Source: Euryarchaeota archaeon RBG_13_57_23
Lineage (GTDB): Archaea > Thermoplasmatota > Thermoplasmata > UBA10834
Reading direction: 5' to 3'
DNA: 64,000 bases
Assembly (NCBI GenBank): GCA_001800675.1
Contig: MGVW01000035.1
Span: forward strand, 108,501 to 172,500
Shown: positions 33,714 to 43,771 of the stretch, in pieces
Numbering within the stretch: position 1 is the stretch's first letter
How the letters are laid out: each line of letters starts with the position of its first letter
Position numbers and translations under genes: made by a program
The notes under the pieces: generated by a model
The model's database searches: none
What the model was told of the DNA's origin: nothing
Seen by the model: the letters and a program-made list of their open reading frames with translations, nothing else

Positions 33714-34610
33714 ATGCCTCCAAGGAAGGCAGTATTGGCCACCTCGGCAGCAGCTCTCTCGGCGGTCGCTTTATGGGGCCTCGCATTTCCCTTGATCCAG
33801 ATCGGACTCGAGAGCTTCTCACCGATATTGCTCGGGTTCGTGAGGTTCGTTCTCGCCTCGGCGCTCATGCTCGTCGTGCTTCTATGGAAGTACAAAGCGA
33901 GTGATATTGTTCGCGTCTTCCGGAGCGAGTGGAAGCCTCTGCTCGCCCTCGGCCTGCTCTACGTCACGATACCCAATATTGCCCAGAACATCGGCCTGCA
34001 GTACGGCACCTCGTCGATAGCATCGGTCATTCAGTCCTCCGGCCCTGTGATGACGCTCCTGTTCGCGGTCATGCTGCTCAGCGAGAAGCTGACGAAGACG
34101 AAGGCAGTGGGCACCGCGGTCGCCATGTTCGGGACCCTGTTGCTGGTGGCGAGCGGGGGCATCTCGCTGGAGGATGAGGATTTTGTGGGCAACGTGTTCA
34201 TACTCATATCGGCCGCGTCCTACGGCCTCGCCTGGGTGTCTGCGAAGCGGATGCTGGAGAGGAACCCGCCGCTCCTCATCATAGGACTCTCGCTCGCGTT
34301 CGGCACTGCGGTGCTGGCGCTAGCGGTCCCGTTCGACAGCGATTTGAGATTCGAGCTGGACTCCATGTCCGTGCTCAACATCCTGATTCTCGGATTCCTC
34401 TGCGGGGCCGTCTCATCCGTGCTATACCTGTCATCTCTCGAGCACGAGGAGGTCTCGAGGATGGCGTTCTTCATCTACCTCATGCCGGTGTTCGCCTCGT
34501 TCTTTGCTTGGCTGCTGAGGGACGAGGTGGTCGAGTCCTGGACCGCGCTGTGCGGTGTGATAATCGTTATCGGCATAGTCGTGGCGAACCGAAACGGTGC
34601 GCGAGCCTAG
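33714..34610 (+). CDS. EamA/DMT-family transporter
   Basis: Start moved to ATG 33714 because the track extension overlaps acdA. About 10 hydrophobic segments in two EamA-like halves. Confidence 0.75.
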   Translation: MPPRKAVLATSAAALSAVALWGLAFPLIQIGLESFSPILLGFVRFVLASALMLVVLLWKYKASDIVRVFRSEWKPLLALGLLYVTIPNIAQNIGLQYGTSSIASVIQSSGPVMTLLFAVMLLSEKLTKTKAVGTAVAMFGTLLLVASGGISLEDEDFVGNVFILISAASYGLAWVSAKRMLERNPPLLIIGLSLAFGTAVLALAVPFDSDLRFELDSMSVLNILILGFLCGAVSSVLYLSSLEHEEVSRMAFFIYLMPVFASFFAWLLRDEVVESWTALCGVIIVIGIVVANRNGARA

Positions 34611-34625
34611 GGACGACTGCTTCCC

Positions 34626-35891
34626 TCAGGCGTACTGCGACGAATCCGCTTGCTCAGCGACATCAGAGGCCTCACTGGTCCCGGGTGGTATCTCGCCCGA
34701 GGTGACCCCGCGGTTGTAGAAAGTCCTGAACATGACCGGTGCCAGGATCGTCGATATGAATGCCATCAAGACCAGGACTGAGAACAGGTAGAGCTGATCA
34801 GGAGGGATGAGCCCGGACTCTACTGCGAGCCTAGCGAATACCAACTCGATCGCCCCTTTGCCCATCATCATCGAACCGATGGCCATAGACTCGTTGTTGC
34901 CCAGACCCGACATCCTTGCAGGGAGGTACGAGCCCGCGAGCTTTCCCAGGATGGCCACGGCGGTGACGACACCGAAAAACGGCAAGTGGTCCATTATCAA
35001 CGAGAAATCGACTGTGAAACCGATGAAGACGAAGAATATGGGAGCTAGGAACCCGATCGTGACGCCAGAGAGTATGTCCTCGACGCGAGCCCAGACACGA
35101 AGGCCGGTTCCAGCCTCTCGTAGCAGCATCCCGGCGATGAAGGCTCCAATCACGCCAGGCAGGCCAGACCATTCGGCGAGAACCGCGAACAAGATAGCGA
35201 TGACGACAGCAATCGCGAACGCAGCTTCTCCGGTCCGCATCCACTTCAGGAGCCTGTATATCCTGGGCACGACTACACGGCCGAACAGCATAGCAAGGGC
35301 GAAGAAGAACGCGAAGCTGACGGACAGGTAGAGCACGCGCTCCGTTGTCCTGGACCCCTCGGCACTGCCAAGTATCACTCCCAATGTGAAAAGCAGAAGC
35401 ACATCCGTAATCAGCGCTGCACTGATTATCGTCGCGCTGGTGCGGGATTTGAGCACCTCCATGTCCTTCAGAACCCTTATTGTGACAGGCAGGGCCGTTA
35501 CCGAGATCGCAACCGCGACGAAGGCGAGGGTCAACCCTTCTAGCTCGAACAGCACTCCAACAAGGAGCCCGAGCACGAGCGGGAGGACAAGTCCAGAGGC
35601 TGCGATCAGCCCGCCGAGAATCGATGAGGCCTTGATCAGCTTCGGGGAGAACTCGAGGCCGACGTATAGCATCAGAAACAGCATTCCGAGGTCGCCGAGA
35701 TCCCGGATGAAGGTGTCGCTGTACATTCTGTCCAGGTCTTTGAAGACGAACCCCAGGATGAAGGGACCGAGAACGATTCCCGCGAGCAACTCGCCAACGA
35801 TTGGCGGCTGATTTATGCGCGTGACGACCTCGCCGAATCCCTTCGCGAAGGCAATCATCAGGAGGACATAGACGAGGACGATGAGTTCCAT
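34626..35891 (-). CDS. cation:proton antiporter (CPA2, NapA/Kef-like)
   Basis: GEVVTRINQPPIVGELLAGIVLGP N-terminal signature. Polytopic, 421 aa. Confidence 0.85.
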   Translation of the reverse strand: MELIVLVYVLLMIAFAKGFGEVVTRINQPPIVGELLAGIVLGPFILGFVFKDLDRMYSDTFIRDLGDLGMLFLMLYVGLEFSPKLIKASSILGGLIAASGLVLPLVLGLLVGVLFELEGLTLAFVAVAISVTALPVTIRVLKDMEVLKSRTSATIISAALITDVLLLFTLGVILGSAEGSRTTERVLYLSVSFAFFFALAMLFGRVVVPRIYRLLKWMRTGEAAFAIAVVIAILFAVLAEWSGLPGVIGAFIAGMLLREAGTGLRVWARVEDILSGVTIGFLAPIFFVFIGFTVDFSLIMDHLPFFGVVTAVAILGKLAGSYLPARMSGLGNNESMAIGSMMMGKGAIELVFARLAVESGLIPPDQLYLFSVLVLMAFISTILAPVMFRTFYNRGVTSGEIPPGTSEASDVAEQADSSQYA

Positions 35892-36025
35892 CAGGACACC
35901 GGGACAGGCTTTTCGATGAGGATTACTTGCGAGGTCATTAACCTTACCAGAACCGCGGTGGCGAACGTGCTCCGAGAGAACAGTTAATATGCATAGCTAG
36001 GTTATGCCGAAGCGGTGGTACGCCC

Positions 36026-37354
36026 TTGCCCCAGTGGCAGCACATCACTTACTCGAACCAGATAACCACAGAACACTACGGGAAGCAGATCACCGTTGGC
36101 GGGTGGGTCCAGGACCTCAGGAACCTAGGCGGCATATCGTTCCTTCAACTGAGGGACAGAGAGGGAGTAATCCAGATAACCAGTCTAAAGAAGAAGAACA
36201 AAGAGCTCTTCGAACTCGTAGCATCGCTTCCCCGTGAGTCGGTCGTGCTCGTGACTGGCATGGTCAAGGAGAGCAAGGAGGCGAGGGCGGGATTCGAGAT
36301 ACTCCCGGACAGGATAGACGTGCTGAACAGGGCGGAGGCGCCTCTGCCTCTCGGTGTTGTCGACAAAGTCGGAGCGGACCTCGACACTCGCCTCAACAAC
36401 AGGTTCATGGACCTGCGGAAGGAGGAGGTCCGGGCCGTCTTCCAGGTGGAGGCGAAGGCCGTCGAGGGAATCAGACAGTTCCTGTTGGGCAACGGATTTG
36501 TGGAAGTGCACACACCCAAGATCGTGGCCGCTGGTGCTGAAGGTGGGTCGACGCTCTTCCCCATCAAGTACTTCGACAGGAACGCGTACCTTGCCCAGAG
36601 TCCCCAACTGTACAAACAGAACCTCATGGCTACAGGGTTCGACCGGATATTCGAGGTCGCACACGCGTACCGGGCGGAGGCTTCTGACACCATCAGGCAC
36701 ATAGCCGAATTCATCTCGCTGGACGTGGAACTCGCTTTCATCGAATCCTCTGAGGACATAATGGCTGTCGCGGAAGGCATCGCAGTCGCAGGGATCGAAC
36801 ACGTGCGCGCGCACGCACAGAAAGAGCTCGAGATCCTCGGCGCGAAGCTCGAGAGCCCGTCAGCGCCGTTCCCACGCGTGAAGTACAAGGACGCGGTCGA
36901 AATCGTCAAAGGGCAAGGGATGAGGATCGAACATGGCGAAGATCTCGGCACGGAAGGGGAGAAGGCTCTCGGGGAGTACATGAAGCGGGAGAAACAGTGT
37001 GAACTTTATTTCATCACTGAGTTCCCTACATCTCTTAAGAGAGGCACTTTCTACGCCAAGAGATTCGACGACGACCCCGAGACGACAGGATACTTCGATC
37101 TCGACTACAGGGGACAGGAGATCGTGTCGGGCGGACAGCGCGAGCACAGGTACGCGGTCCTCACGGAGCAGATGAGGGAGAATAACCTGAACCTCGAGTC
37201 ATTCGATTTCTACCTGAAGGGGTTCAGGTTCGGCATGCCCCCTCACGGCGGGTTCGGCTTCGGGGTCGAGCGGTATGTCCAGAAAATGCTGGGACTGTCC
37301 AACATAAGGGAGGCAGTGCTATACCCAAGAGACAGGGCAAGGCTCGTCCCGTAG
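36026..37354 (+). CDS. aspS: aspartyl-tRNA synthetase (archaeal type)
   Basis: TTG start. OB-fold VGGWVQDLRNLGGISFLQLRDREG; class II motifs FRAE-like YRAEAS and GFGFGVERY. Confidence 0.92.
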   Translation: MPQWQHITYSNQITTEHYGKQITVGGWVQDLRNLGGISFLQLRDREGVIQITSLKKKNKELFELVASLPRESVVLVTGMVKESKEARAGFEILPDRIDVLNRAEAPLPLGVVDKVGADLDTRLNNRFMDLRKEEVRAVFQVEAKAVEGIRQFLLGNGFVEVHTPKIVAAGAEGGSTLFPIKYFDRNAYLAQSPQLYKQNLMATGFDRIFEVAHAYRAEASDTIRHIAEFISLDVELAFIESSEDIMAVAEGIAVAGIEHVRAHAQKELEILGAKLESPSAPFPRVKYKDAVEIVKGQGMRIEHGEDLGTEGEKALGEYMKREKQCELYFITEFPTSLKRGTFYAKRFDDDPETTGYFDLDYRGQEIVSGGQREHRYAVLTEQMRENNLNLESFDFYLKGFRFGMPPHGGFGFGVERYVQKMLGLSNIREAVLYPRDRARLVP

Positions 37355-37371
37355 CCAGCAAGCCCAAACGC

Positions 37372-37881
37372 ATGCTCATCGAATTGCCGACCGCGGACGA
37401 GATCGACGCCCTCGCCATCACGACCCCGCGCTTCGAGGTCAGGAAGTTTGAGTTCGACCTCGGTGGGCAGGCCGCGGACCTGAAGTACTCGCCCTGCAAG
37501 GGCCAGATGGTATTGGTGATCGCGGGCAAGAACGGCATCGCCTTGACCAGGACGAGCAAGCAGGACAAGTGGCACCTGCCGAGCGGAAGGATCAGCACGA
37601 TCGAGGACGCTGTGGCAGCGGCAAAGCGTATCGCGATGGAGCAGTGCGGTGTCATGGTCCGATGCCTCGATCTTGCGGGCATGTACGATGTCGTCTGGCA
37701 CTACTCGGACATCACTATCAAGAGGCTGCACTTGGTGTACTCCGCCTTGACCGATGACGAGTGCTGCAAAGCGCAGGCGAGTCCAGGATATGCCGAAGCA
37801 GCGTTCTTCCGTGAGCTTCCGCAGGACCTGATGGAGGACGATCTCGCCGCCTCGGCGATCACCGACAGCAGCAACAAGTGA
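37372..37881 (+). CDS. NUDIX-like hydrolase (degenerate Nudix box)
   Basis: GRISTIEDAVAAAKRIAMEQCGV fits G-x5-E-x7-R, but the REUxEE core is degenerate. Confidence 0.5.
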   Translation: MLIELPTADEIDALAITTPRFEVRKFEFDLGGQAADLKYSPCKGQMVLVIAGKNGIALTRTSKQDKWHLPSGRISTIEDAVAAAKRIAMEQCGVMVRCLDLAGMYDVVWHYSDITIKRLHLVYSALTDDECCKAQASPGYAEAAFFRELPQDLMEDDLAASAITDSSNK

Positions 37882-37916
37882 TTTATCGCCCCTCGCCAAT
37901 TACTGTCTCGAAGGCG

Positions 37917-38432
37917 ATGGGACGCATTTTTGAGCGAGAGCTCAAGGGGATCCTCCGCGCGGACGAAGACATGCTGGTCCGCGTCACGAAGACCTGCGAA
38001 GACAACGAGAAGAAGGCCTACTACCGCATCCAGGAGAAACCTTTCATGGTAATCAGGGGCGCTGGCTCTCTGGGCGTCGACCTCGTGGCAATCAGATCGG
38101 ACCTATCCCTTCCGATAGAGGTCAAGAGCTCCGTCAGCGACGTGCTTCGGTTCAGCAGGAACGAGAAGCTCGCGGTACAGGCGGCGGAGATGATGGATGA
38201 CTGCAGGCGTGTCGGCCTCATGCCGATCTATGCTTTCAGGTACAAACGCCAAAGGGGCGACGCGTGGCGAATATTCACTCTTGATGTGGGCCCCATCAAT
38301 GGCAGGCTCAGGGTAGTCTACAGCCGTCTTCCGAAAATCGCGCCGTCCAAGGAAGGGAATCTCATCATGCGCTGGCATGACGGAATGCCCCTAAACAAGT
38401 TCATAGACTACATCGTGACGATTTCCAGCTGA
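37917..38432 (+). CDS. hjc: Hjc-like Holliday junction resolvase with a ~25-aa insertion
   Basis: GRIFERELKGIL ... IRGAGSLGVDLVA ... PIEVKSS ... PIYAFRYK ... WRIF parallels the Hjc catalytic layout (E, D, EVK). The alternative GTG start at 37878 overlaps the Nudix stop. Confidence 0.6.
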   Translation: MGRIFERELKGILRADEDMLVRVTKTCEDNEKKAYYRIQEKPFMVIRGAGSLGVDLVAIRSDLSLPIEVKSSVSDVLRFSRNEKLAVQAAEMMDDCRRVGLMPIYAFRYKRQRGDAWRIFTLDVGPINGRLRVVYSRLPKIAPSKEGNLIMRWHDGMPLNKFIDYIVTISS

Positions 38433-38568
38433 CGCTATCAGAACAGAATAAAAAAAGAGAGAGGAGAGTGACTGACTCCTTACCTGTTGTGATGCCAAAT
38501 AAAGCGGTCAGCTGTCAGAATCACGGATGACTATCAATCTTGATAAATTACCAGAACGGCTGCGTTTT

Positions 38569-39039
38569 TCAGGATAGGGAGAGTCCCTTGAAGTACGCGA
38601 CCACCTTGTCGCTTCCGAGATAGAGCAGTATTATCACGTTCCCGACGATGGTCCAGAATGGTGAGTCGGGAGCCAGGGTAGGGGGCAGGAACAGCACCCC
38701 GAGGATGGCCCACAGTATGGCGATTTTGGCGACCGATCTCCCCCGCCTCCGAGAAGACTCGTATCCTTTCATGTAACCCCTGGCCAGCAGGAGGGCTGAG
38801 ATGCCGATCACGAAGTATCCCAGACCGATTAGGAACACGATATTCCTCCAGGTCGAACCCTCGACCAGCGTGCTCGAAAACGACACTACAGCCAGGCCGA
38901 CAATCACCATCTGGATCCCGACCCAGATCTCCCACATGGCAAGCAGTATGATGCCCCAAGGGCGTTCGGGCTTCTTGGTCCTGCTGGGTGCGGCCAATTG
39001 GGAGTCCTCCGACATGCTGTCATCGATTGCTGTCAGCAC
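38569..39039 (-). CDS. small membrane protein (about 4 TM), unknown function
   Basis: Hydrophobic segments only. No family recognised. Confidence 0.45.
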   Translation of the reverse strand: MLTAIDDSMSEDSQLAAPSRTKKPERPWGIILLAMWEIWVGIQMVIVGLAVVSFSSTLVEGSTWRNIVFLIGLGYFVIGISALLLARGYMKGYESSRRRGRSVAKIAILWAILGVLFLPPTLAPDSPFWTIVGNVIILLYLGSDKVVAYFKGLSLS

Positions 39040-39141
39040 TCATAGGGTTCATCACGGGTCCTTGCGGACCTCAGCTGACCCTCTTCTCATCACGGGACAC
39101 TGAATCGCGCTCCTCGTATTTTATGGAGGGCGTGGAGGGCT

Positions 39142-39837
39142 GTGGGGCACGGGTTAAATATCCGCGATTCGCTGAGCGCTTCCGTGGAGTACGAGCTTCT
39201 CAGCGAAAACATCCTCGTCTTCTTCGGTTTCGTCCTGCTCATCAGCCTATCTGGAGTGATGACCCCAGGGCCGGTTTTCGCTGCAGCAGTCGCTAAGGGG
39301 TACAAAGACAAGAACGCAGGCGTGAAGATCGCCTTGGGGCACGGAGTCATCGAGTTCCCTCTCATGGCCCTGATCGCTCTCGTGGGGATTGGCGCGAGTG
39401 AGTTCCTCGAGGATCCTTGGGTCGGCTTCGCAATCGGGGCAGTGGGCGGAACGCTGCTGCTATTCCTTGGGACGAGCATGATCAGGTCCAGGAAGAAGAT
39501 AGCGCTCGATGCGGAGAAATCCATGCCGTACGGCGCGACCGTCGCTGGCGCACTGACGACTTCTGCGAACCCGTATTTCTTCGTGTGGTGGGCCACCGTG
39601 GGAGCGCTGCTGGTCTTCAACGCCCAGTGGTTCGGACCGGTCGTCGTTGTTGTGTTCGCAGTCGCCCACTGGGGGTGCGATCTGGCCTGGTATTCGTTCA
39701 CATCGTACACAGTCTACAAGACGAAGCATTTGTGGACTCCGTTCGTACACGAGGTGGTCTTCGGGATATGCGGCCTGCTCATGGTCGTGTTCGGAGTCTA
39801 TTTCATCATCGGGCCGACATACGGGCTGGCGACATAG
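39142..39837 (+). CDS. LysE/RhtB-type amino-acid exporter
   Basis: LISLSGVMTPGPVFAAAV is the N-terminal helix motif typical of LysE translocators. The start may be a downstream GTG near 39184. Confidence 0.65.
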   Translation: MGHGLNIRDSLSASVEYELLSENILVFFGFVLLISLSGVMTPGPVFAAAVAKGYKDKNAGVKIALGHGVIEFPLMALIALVGIGASEFLEDPWVGFAIGAVGGTLLLFLGTSMIRSRKKIALDAEKSMPYGATVAGALTTSANPYFFVWWATVGALLVFNAQWFGPVVVVVFAVAHWGCDLAWYSFTSYTVYKTKHLWTPFVHEVVFGICGLLMVVFGVYFIIGPTYGLAT

Positions 39838-39849
39838 TCTGAGAAGAAC

Positions 39850-40761
39850 CTACTGGGACCTTCCCGCCTCGATCATTCGCTCGAGCGGCACCTTGGCGCG
39901 CCTGATGATGTCTGGAGGCAGCTCGATCTTGTACTGCATCTTGGAAAGGGCGTCTCTCACATCTTCAAGAGTGATCTCGCGCATGTTCGGGCAGGTCGCG
40001 TTCGGCGGAGCGTAGAGCAATTTGCCCGGAGCCTCCTTGCGCAGCCTGTGCAGCATGTTCTCTTCTGTGCCAATGATGAACTCCTTCTTCTTCGAGGCGA
40101 CCACGTGCCTGATGATGCCCTCCGTGGAGTATGCGAAATCCGCGTAGTCGATGACATCCGGAGTGCACTCGGGGTGTACTAAGATCTCGGCATCTGGGTG
40201 CTTCCTCTTCAGCTCCTGCAGGTCCATCTTCGTTATGTTGACGTGGGTCGGACAGTAACCTGGCCAAAGGATAATCTCCTTGTCCTTCACGAACCGCTGG
40301 ACATAGAGCCCGAGGTTCGTGTCCGGGATGAATATGATCTTCTTGTCAGGAAGGGATTGGACTATCTTGACCGCGTTCGCGGACGTGCAGCAAATGTCGG
40401 CCTCCGCCTTGACATCGGCCGTCGTGTTCACATACGCCACGACTGGTGCTCCTGGATGCTCTGCCTTCAGTTCGTTCAGGGACTTCACGTCGACCATCGC
40501 GGCCATGGGACACTGCGCTCTCCGATTCGGATGAAGGACTGTCTTCTCGGGGTTCAGTATCTTCGCCGATTCGGCCATGAAATCGACCCCGCAAAAGACG
40601 ATGACCTTCGCGTCGGTCTTGGACGCCTGGACGGAGAGCCCATACGAGTCGCCAAGAAAATCGGCGATCTCCTGGACTTCCTGGCGCTGATAGTTGTGTC
40701 CAAGGATGACCGCGCGCCTCTGCTTCTTCAGCTCCGAAATCTCGTCTCGAAGGTCTGTCAA
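39850..40761 (-). CDS. nadA: quinolinate synthase
   Basis: ILGHNYQRQEVQEIADFLGDS and conserved Cys positions. 303 aa. Confidence 0.92.
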   Translation of the reverse strand: MTDLRDEISELKKQRRAVILGHNYQRQEVQEIADFLGDSYGLSVQASKTDAKVIVFCGVDFMAESAKILNPEKTVLHPNRRAQCPMAAMVDVKSLNELKAEHPGAPVVAYVNTTADVKAEADICCTSANAVKIVQSLPDKKIIFIPDTNLGLYVQRFVKDKEIILWPGYCPTHVNITKMDLQELKRKHPDAEILVHPECTPDVIDYADFAYSTEGIIRHVVASKKKEFIIGTEENMLHRLRKEAPGKLLYAPPNATCPNMREITLEDVRDALSKMQYKIELPPDIIRRAKVPLERMIEAGRSQ

Positions 40762-40979
40762 ATTCTCTGGAGCGGGTTAGCATCGGGTTCTTATTAATCC
40801 TTTTTGACGGACGCTCGCACGAGAGCGGCGGCCAGGACTGGTAATCTGACCTATTTCGGCCTCGTGGGGCTGAGCATTGACAATCGGCCACTGGCCCTCT
40901 GAACCAAGGGTTTTAGCGTTTCTTTTTACTTTGGTTAAATTCAAATATCGTTCATCGGTTGGTATCTGAAGAGTTGTCA

Positions 40980-41228
40980 ATGAAGCCAGTAATAGACAAG
41001 AGGCTCTGCAAGGGATGCAACGTCTGTGTGTACATCTGCCCGAAGAAATGCTACTCGCGAGGCGCTGACATATCGGAGATGGGCTACTACGCGGCGGTTG
41101 CCTCGGCCACGGAGAAATGCTACAACCACAAACGCGAGGGGAAGCTCATATGCGAGCTCTGCGTCCTTAGTTGTCCAGATCAGGCGATATCATGGCACCC
41201 GGAGACTGAGGAGGACCTGAAGAAATGA
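40980..41228 (+). CDS. 2-oxoacid (2-oxoglutarate-type):ferredoxin oxidoreductase delta/ferredoxin subunit
   Basis: MKPVIDKRLCKGCNVCVYICP ... CELCVLSCP. ATG 40980 preferred over the TTG at 40959. Confidence 0.8.
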   Translation: MKPVIDKRLCKGCNVCVYICPKKCYSRGADISEMGYYAAVASATEKCYNHKREGKLICELCVLSCPDQAISWHPETEEDLKK

Positions 41229-42355
41229 GGACCCCCAGAGGCGAGTACTTCCTCCAGGGCAACGAGGCCTGCGTCGAAGGGGCTATGAGCTCCGGTGTTC
41301 GATTCTTCGCTGGGTACCCCATCACTCCTTCAACTGAAATCGCCGAGGGGCTCGCGCAGCGGCTCAAGGGGACCAACGGAGTCTTTCTCCAGATGGAGGA
41401 TGAGATCGCCTGCATTTCCGCGATCATTGGGGCCTCGTGGGGAGGCACGAAGTCGATGACCGCCACATCAGGACCGGGGTTCTCGCTCATGCAGGAGGCG
41501 ATCGGATACGCCGCCATGTCTGAGACCCCGATCGTAATTGTCAATGTGATGAGGGGAGGGCCCTCGACCGGGCAGCCCACGAGGGCGTCCCAAGGGGACG
41601 TGATGCAGACCAAGTACGGCTCGCACGGAGACTATCAGGTCATCGCATTTGCGCCCGCATCCGTTCAGGAGATGTTCGACCTCACCATCGAGAGTTTCAA
41701 CTACGCCGAGAAGTACAGGGTTCCGGCCTTCCTACTGTCTGATGCTGAGGTGGGACACATGCGTGGGCTTCTCTCTGTGCCGGAACAGCTCAAGATAGTC
41801 GACAGGAAAGAGAAAGGCCTCAAGCGCGCGGACGAGGCTTACGATGTGCCAGACGACCTCGTGCATCCTTTCCCGACCTTCGGGAAGGGCCACAAGGCGA
41901 TGGTCACCGGGATGACACACGCAGAAGATTCCAGGATAGAACCTGAGGACGTGAAAACGCACCAGGAACTCGTGAAGAGGCTCTCGGAGAAGATCCTCAA
42001 GAACAGGAAGGACATCAACAAGTGGGAGCTCGTGTCCCCGGGCTCGAAGACCATGATCATCTCCTACGGCTCAGCCGCACTCGGCCCGAAGGAGGTCGCC
42101 GCCAAGGACGAACGCGTCGGCCTCCTCAGGCTCAAGAGCCTTTGGCCGCTTCCGGAGGAACCGATATACGAAGTCGCGAACCAGTGCGAACGGATTCTGG
42201 TTTGCGAGATGAACCTGGGCATGATGTATTGGCCCATCAAGAGGGTCGCCCTGGAAGCTGGGTGCAAGAAGGTCGAGCTGCTATCGAAGATAGGTGGCGA
42301 GCCGCCGACCCCGAGCGATGTCAGGCACAAGCTGAGGGGCATGGGGGCGATCTGA
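41225..42355 (+). CDS. 2-oxoacid:ferredoxin oxidoreductase alpha subunit
   Basis: FLQGNEACVEGAMSSGVRFFAGYPITPSTEI; 376 aa; 4-nt overlap with the delta gene. Confidence 0.9.
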   Translation: MRTPRGEYFLQGNEACVEGAMSSGVRFFAGYPITPSTEIAEGLAQRLKGTNGVFLQMEDEIACISAIIGASWGGTKSMTATSGPGFSLMQEAIGYAAMSETPIVIVNVMRGGPSTGQPTRASQGDVMQTKYGSHGDYQVIAFAPASVQEMFDLTIESFNYAEKYRVPAFLLSDAEVGHMRGLLSVPEQLKIVDRKEKGLKRADEAYDVPDDLVHPFPTFGKGHKAMVTGMTHAEDSRIEPEDVKTHQELVKRLSEKILKNRKDINKWELVSPGSKTMIISYGSAALGPKEVAAKDERVGLLRLKSLWPLPEEPIYEVANQCERILVCEMNLGMMYWPIKRVALEAGCKKVELLSKIGGEPPTPSDVRHKLRGMGAI

Positions 42356-43164
42356 TGGAGATCTTCGACTTCTACAGGAAGGACCGATGGCCGCACGTCT
42401 TCTGCCCCGGGTGTGGCAACGGGACCGTCATGAACTGCTTCTACAGAGCATTCAGCGAGCTGGACCTGCCCCTCGAAAGGACGGCCTTCGTCGGTGGCAT
42501 CGGATGCTCCTCCAGGATACCGCTGTACATCAGCTCGGACGCGCTCCACACGACCCACGGAAGAGCAATTGCGTTCGCAACCGGACTCAGGCTCTCCAAG
42601 CCAGATCTCAAGGTCGTCGTGTTCACAGGCGACGGCGACCTCGGCGCAATCGGCGGGAACCATTTCATCAACGGTTGCCGGCGAAACGTCGACATGACGG
42701 TCATATGCATCAACAACAACATCTACGGCATGACCGGAGGCCAAGCATCGATCACGACCCCTCACGATTTCCTGTCGACAACCACACCCTTCGGGAACAA
42801 GGAGTATCCGTTCGATCTCGCTGAGCTGGCAGTCGCAGCCGGAGCCAACTATGTGGCACGGTGGACCACAAGGCACGTGCATGAGCTCACCAAGTCGATC
42901 AAGACCGCCCTCCAGAAGAAGGGGTTCGCGTTCGTCGAGGTCATCTCGCAGTGCCCGACCAACTTCGGCAGAAGGAACAAGATGGCGGATCCCACGCAGA
43001 TGCTCGAGTGGTTCAAGGAGAGCTCCGTCAGGCGAGACAAGGTGAGGACCGCCGCCGTGGACCACTTCGACCTCAACATGGCAGGGCAGATAACCATCGG
43101 GGAGTTCGTGGACAGGAACAGGGAATGCTACGAGGAACTGATCGGAGTCGAGAAGCATGGATAG
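42355..43164 (+). CDS. 2-oxoacid:ferredoxin oxidoreductase beta subunit (TPP-binding)
   Basis: Start MEIFDFYRKDRWPHVFCPGCGNG at the TGATG junction with alpha. GDGD TPP motif present. Confidence 0.9.
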   Translation: MEIFDFYRKDRWPHVFCPGCGNGTVMNCFYRAFSELDLPLERTAFVGGIGCSSRIPLYISSDALHTTHGRAIAFATGLRLSKPDLKVVVFTGDGDLGAIGGNHFINGCRRNVDMTVICINNNIYGMTGGQASITTPHDFLSTTTPFGNKEYPFDLAELAVAAGANYVARWTTRHVHELTKSIKTALQKKGFAFVEVISQCPTNFGRRNKMADPTQMLEWFKESSVRRDKVRTAAVDHFDLNMAGQITIGEFVDRNRECYEELIGVEKHG

Positions 43165-43735
43165 GCAGATCAGGTTCTCGGGTTTCGGCGGGCAAGGCGT
43201 CGTCCTCATGGGCATAATGCTCGCCAGGGCTGCTGCGCTCTACGACAAGCCCGTCGGTGAGGATGGCAAGGAGCACAGGAACTTCGCGATCCAGACGCAA
43301 TCATACGGCCCCTCGGCAAGGGGCGGGCACTCAAAATGCGATGTCAAGATCTCGGACGAGGAGATGCTGTACCCGTTCGTCGAGATCCCGGACTACCTCG
43401 TGATAATGTCGCAACAGGCTTACGCGAAATACATCGGAGAGCGCAAGCCGGACACGAGGATCATTATCGACCCAGACCTGGTGCTGGACAGGCCGAAGGG
43501 AGATGTATACCTGGTCCCCGCAACCAAGGCGGCAGAGGAGATGGGCACACGGATCGTGGCCAACGTTGTGATGCTCGGGGCGTTCCGGCAGATATCTGGC
43601 ATCGTCTCGAAGGAAGCGCTCGAGAAGGCGCTCCTCCAAACAGTTCCCAAACCAACTCACGACCTGAACAGGAACGCGCTCGTCCTCGGAGCAAAGCTGG
43701 GTACAGACGCCATGGAGCGCAGGAGCAAGGGTTAA
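43157..43735 (+). CDS. 2-oxoacid:ferredoxin oxidoreductase gamma subunit
   Basis: IRFSGFGGQGVVLMGIMLARAA; 8-nt overlap with the beta gene. Confidence 0.9.
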   Translation: MDRQIRFSGFGGQGVVLMGIMLARAAALYDKPVGEDGKEHRNFAIQTQSYGPSARGGHSKCDVKISDEEMLYPFVEIPDYLVIMSQQAYAKYIGERKPDTRIIIDPDLVLDRPKGDVYLVPATKAAEEMGTRIVANVVMLGAFRQISGIVSKEALEKALLQTVPKPTHDLNRNALVLGAKLGTDAMERRSKG

Positions 43736-43771
43736 GACCGACGAGAACGTTCGTCGGCTGGAGCGGAGAGC

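Noticed and set aside
42064-43215. 383-aa minus-strand ORF, and the 42022-42354 extension of the beta-subunit ORF
   Set aside because: The first is antisense to the TPP-binding beta subunit. The second is an out-of-frame read through the alpha gene. The true beta start is ATG 42355.
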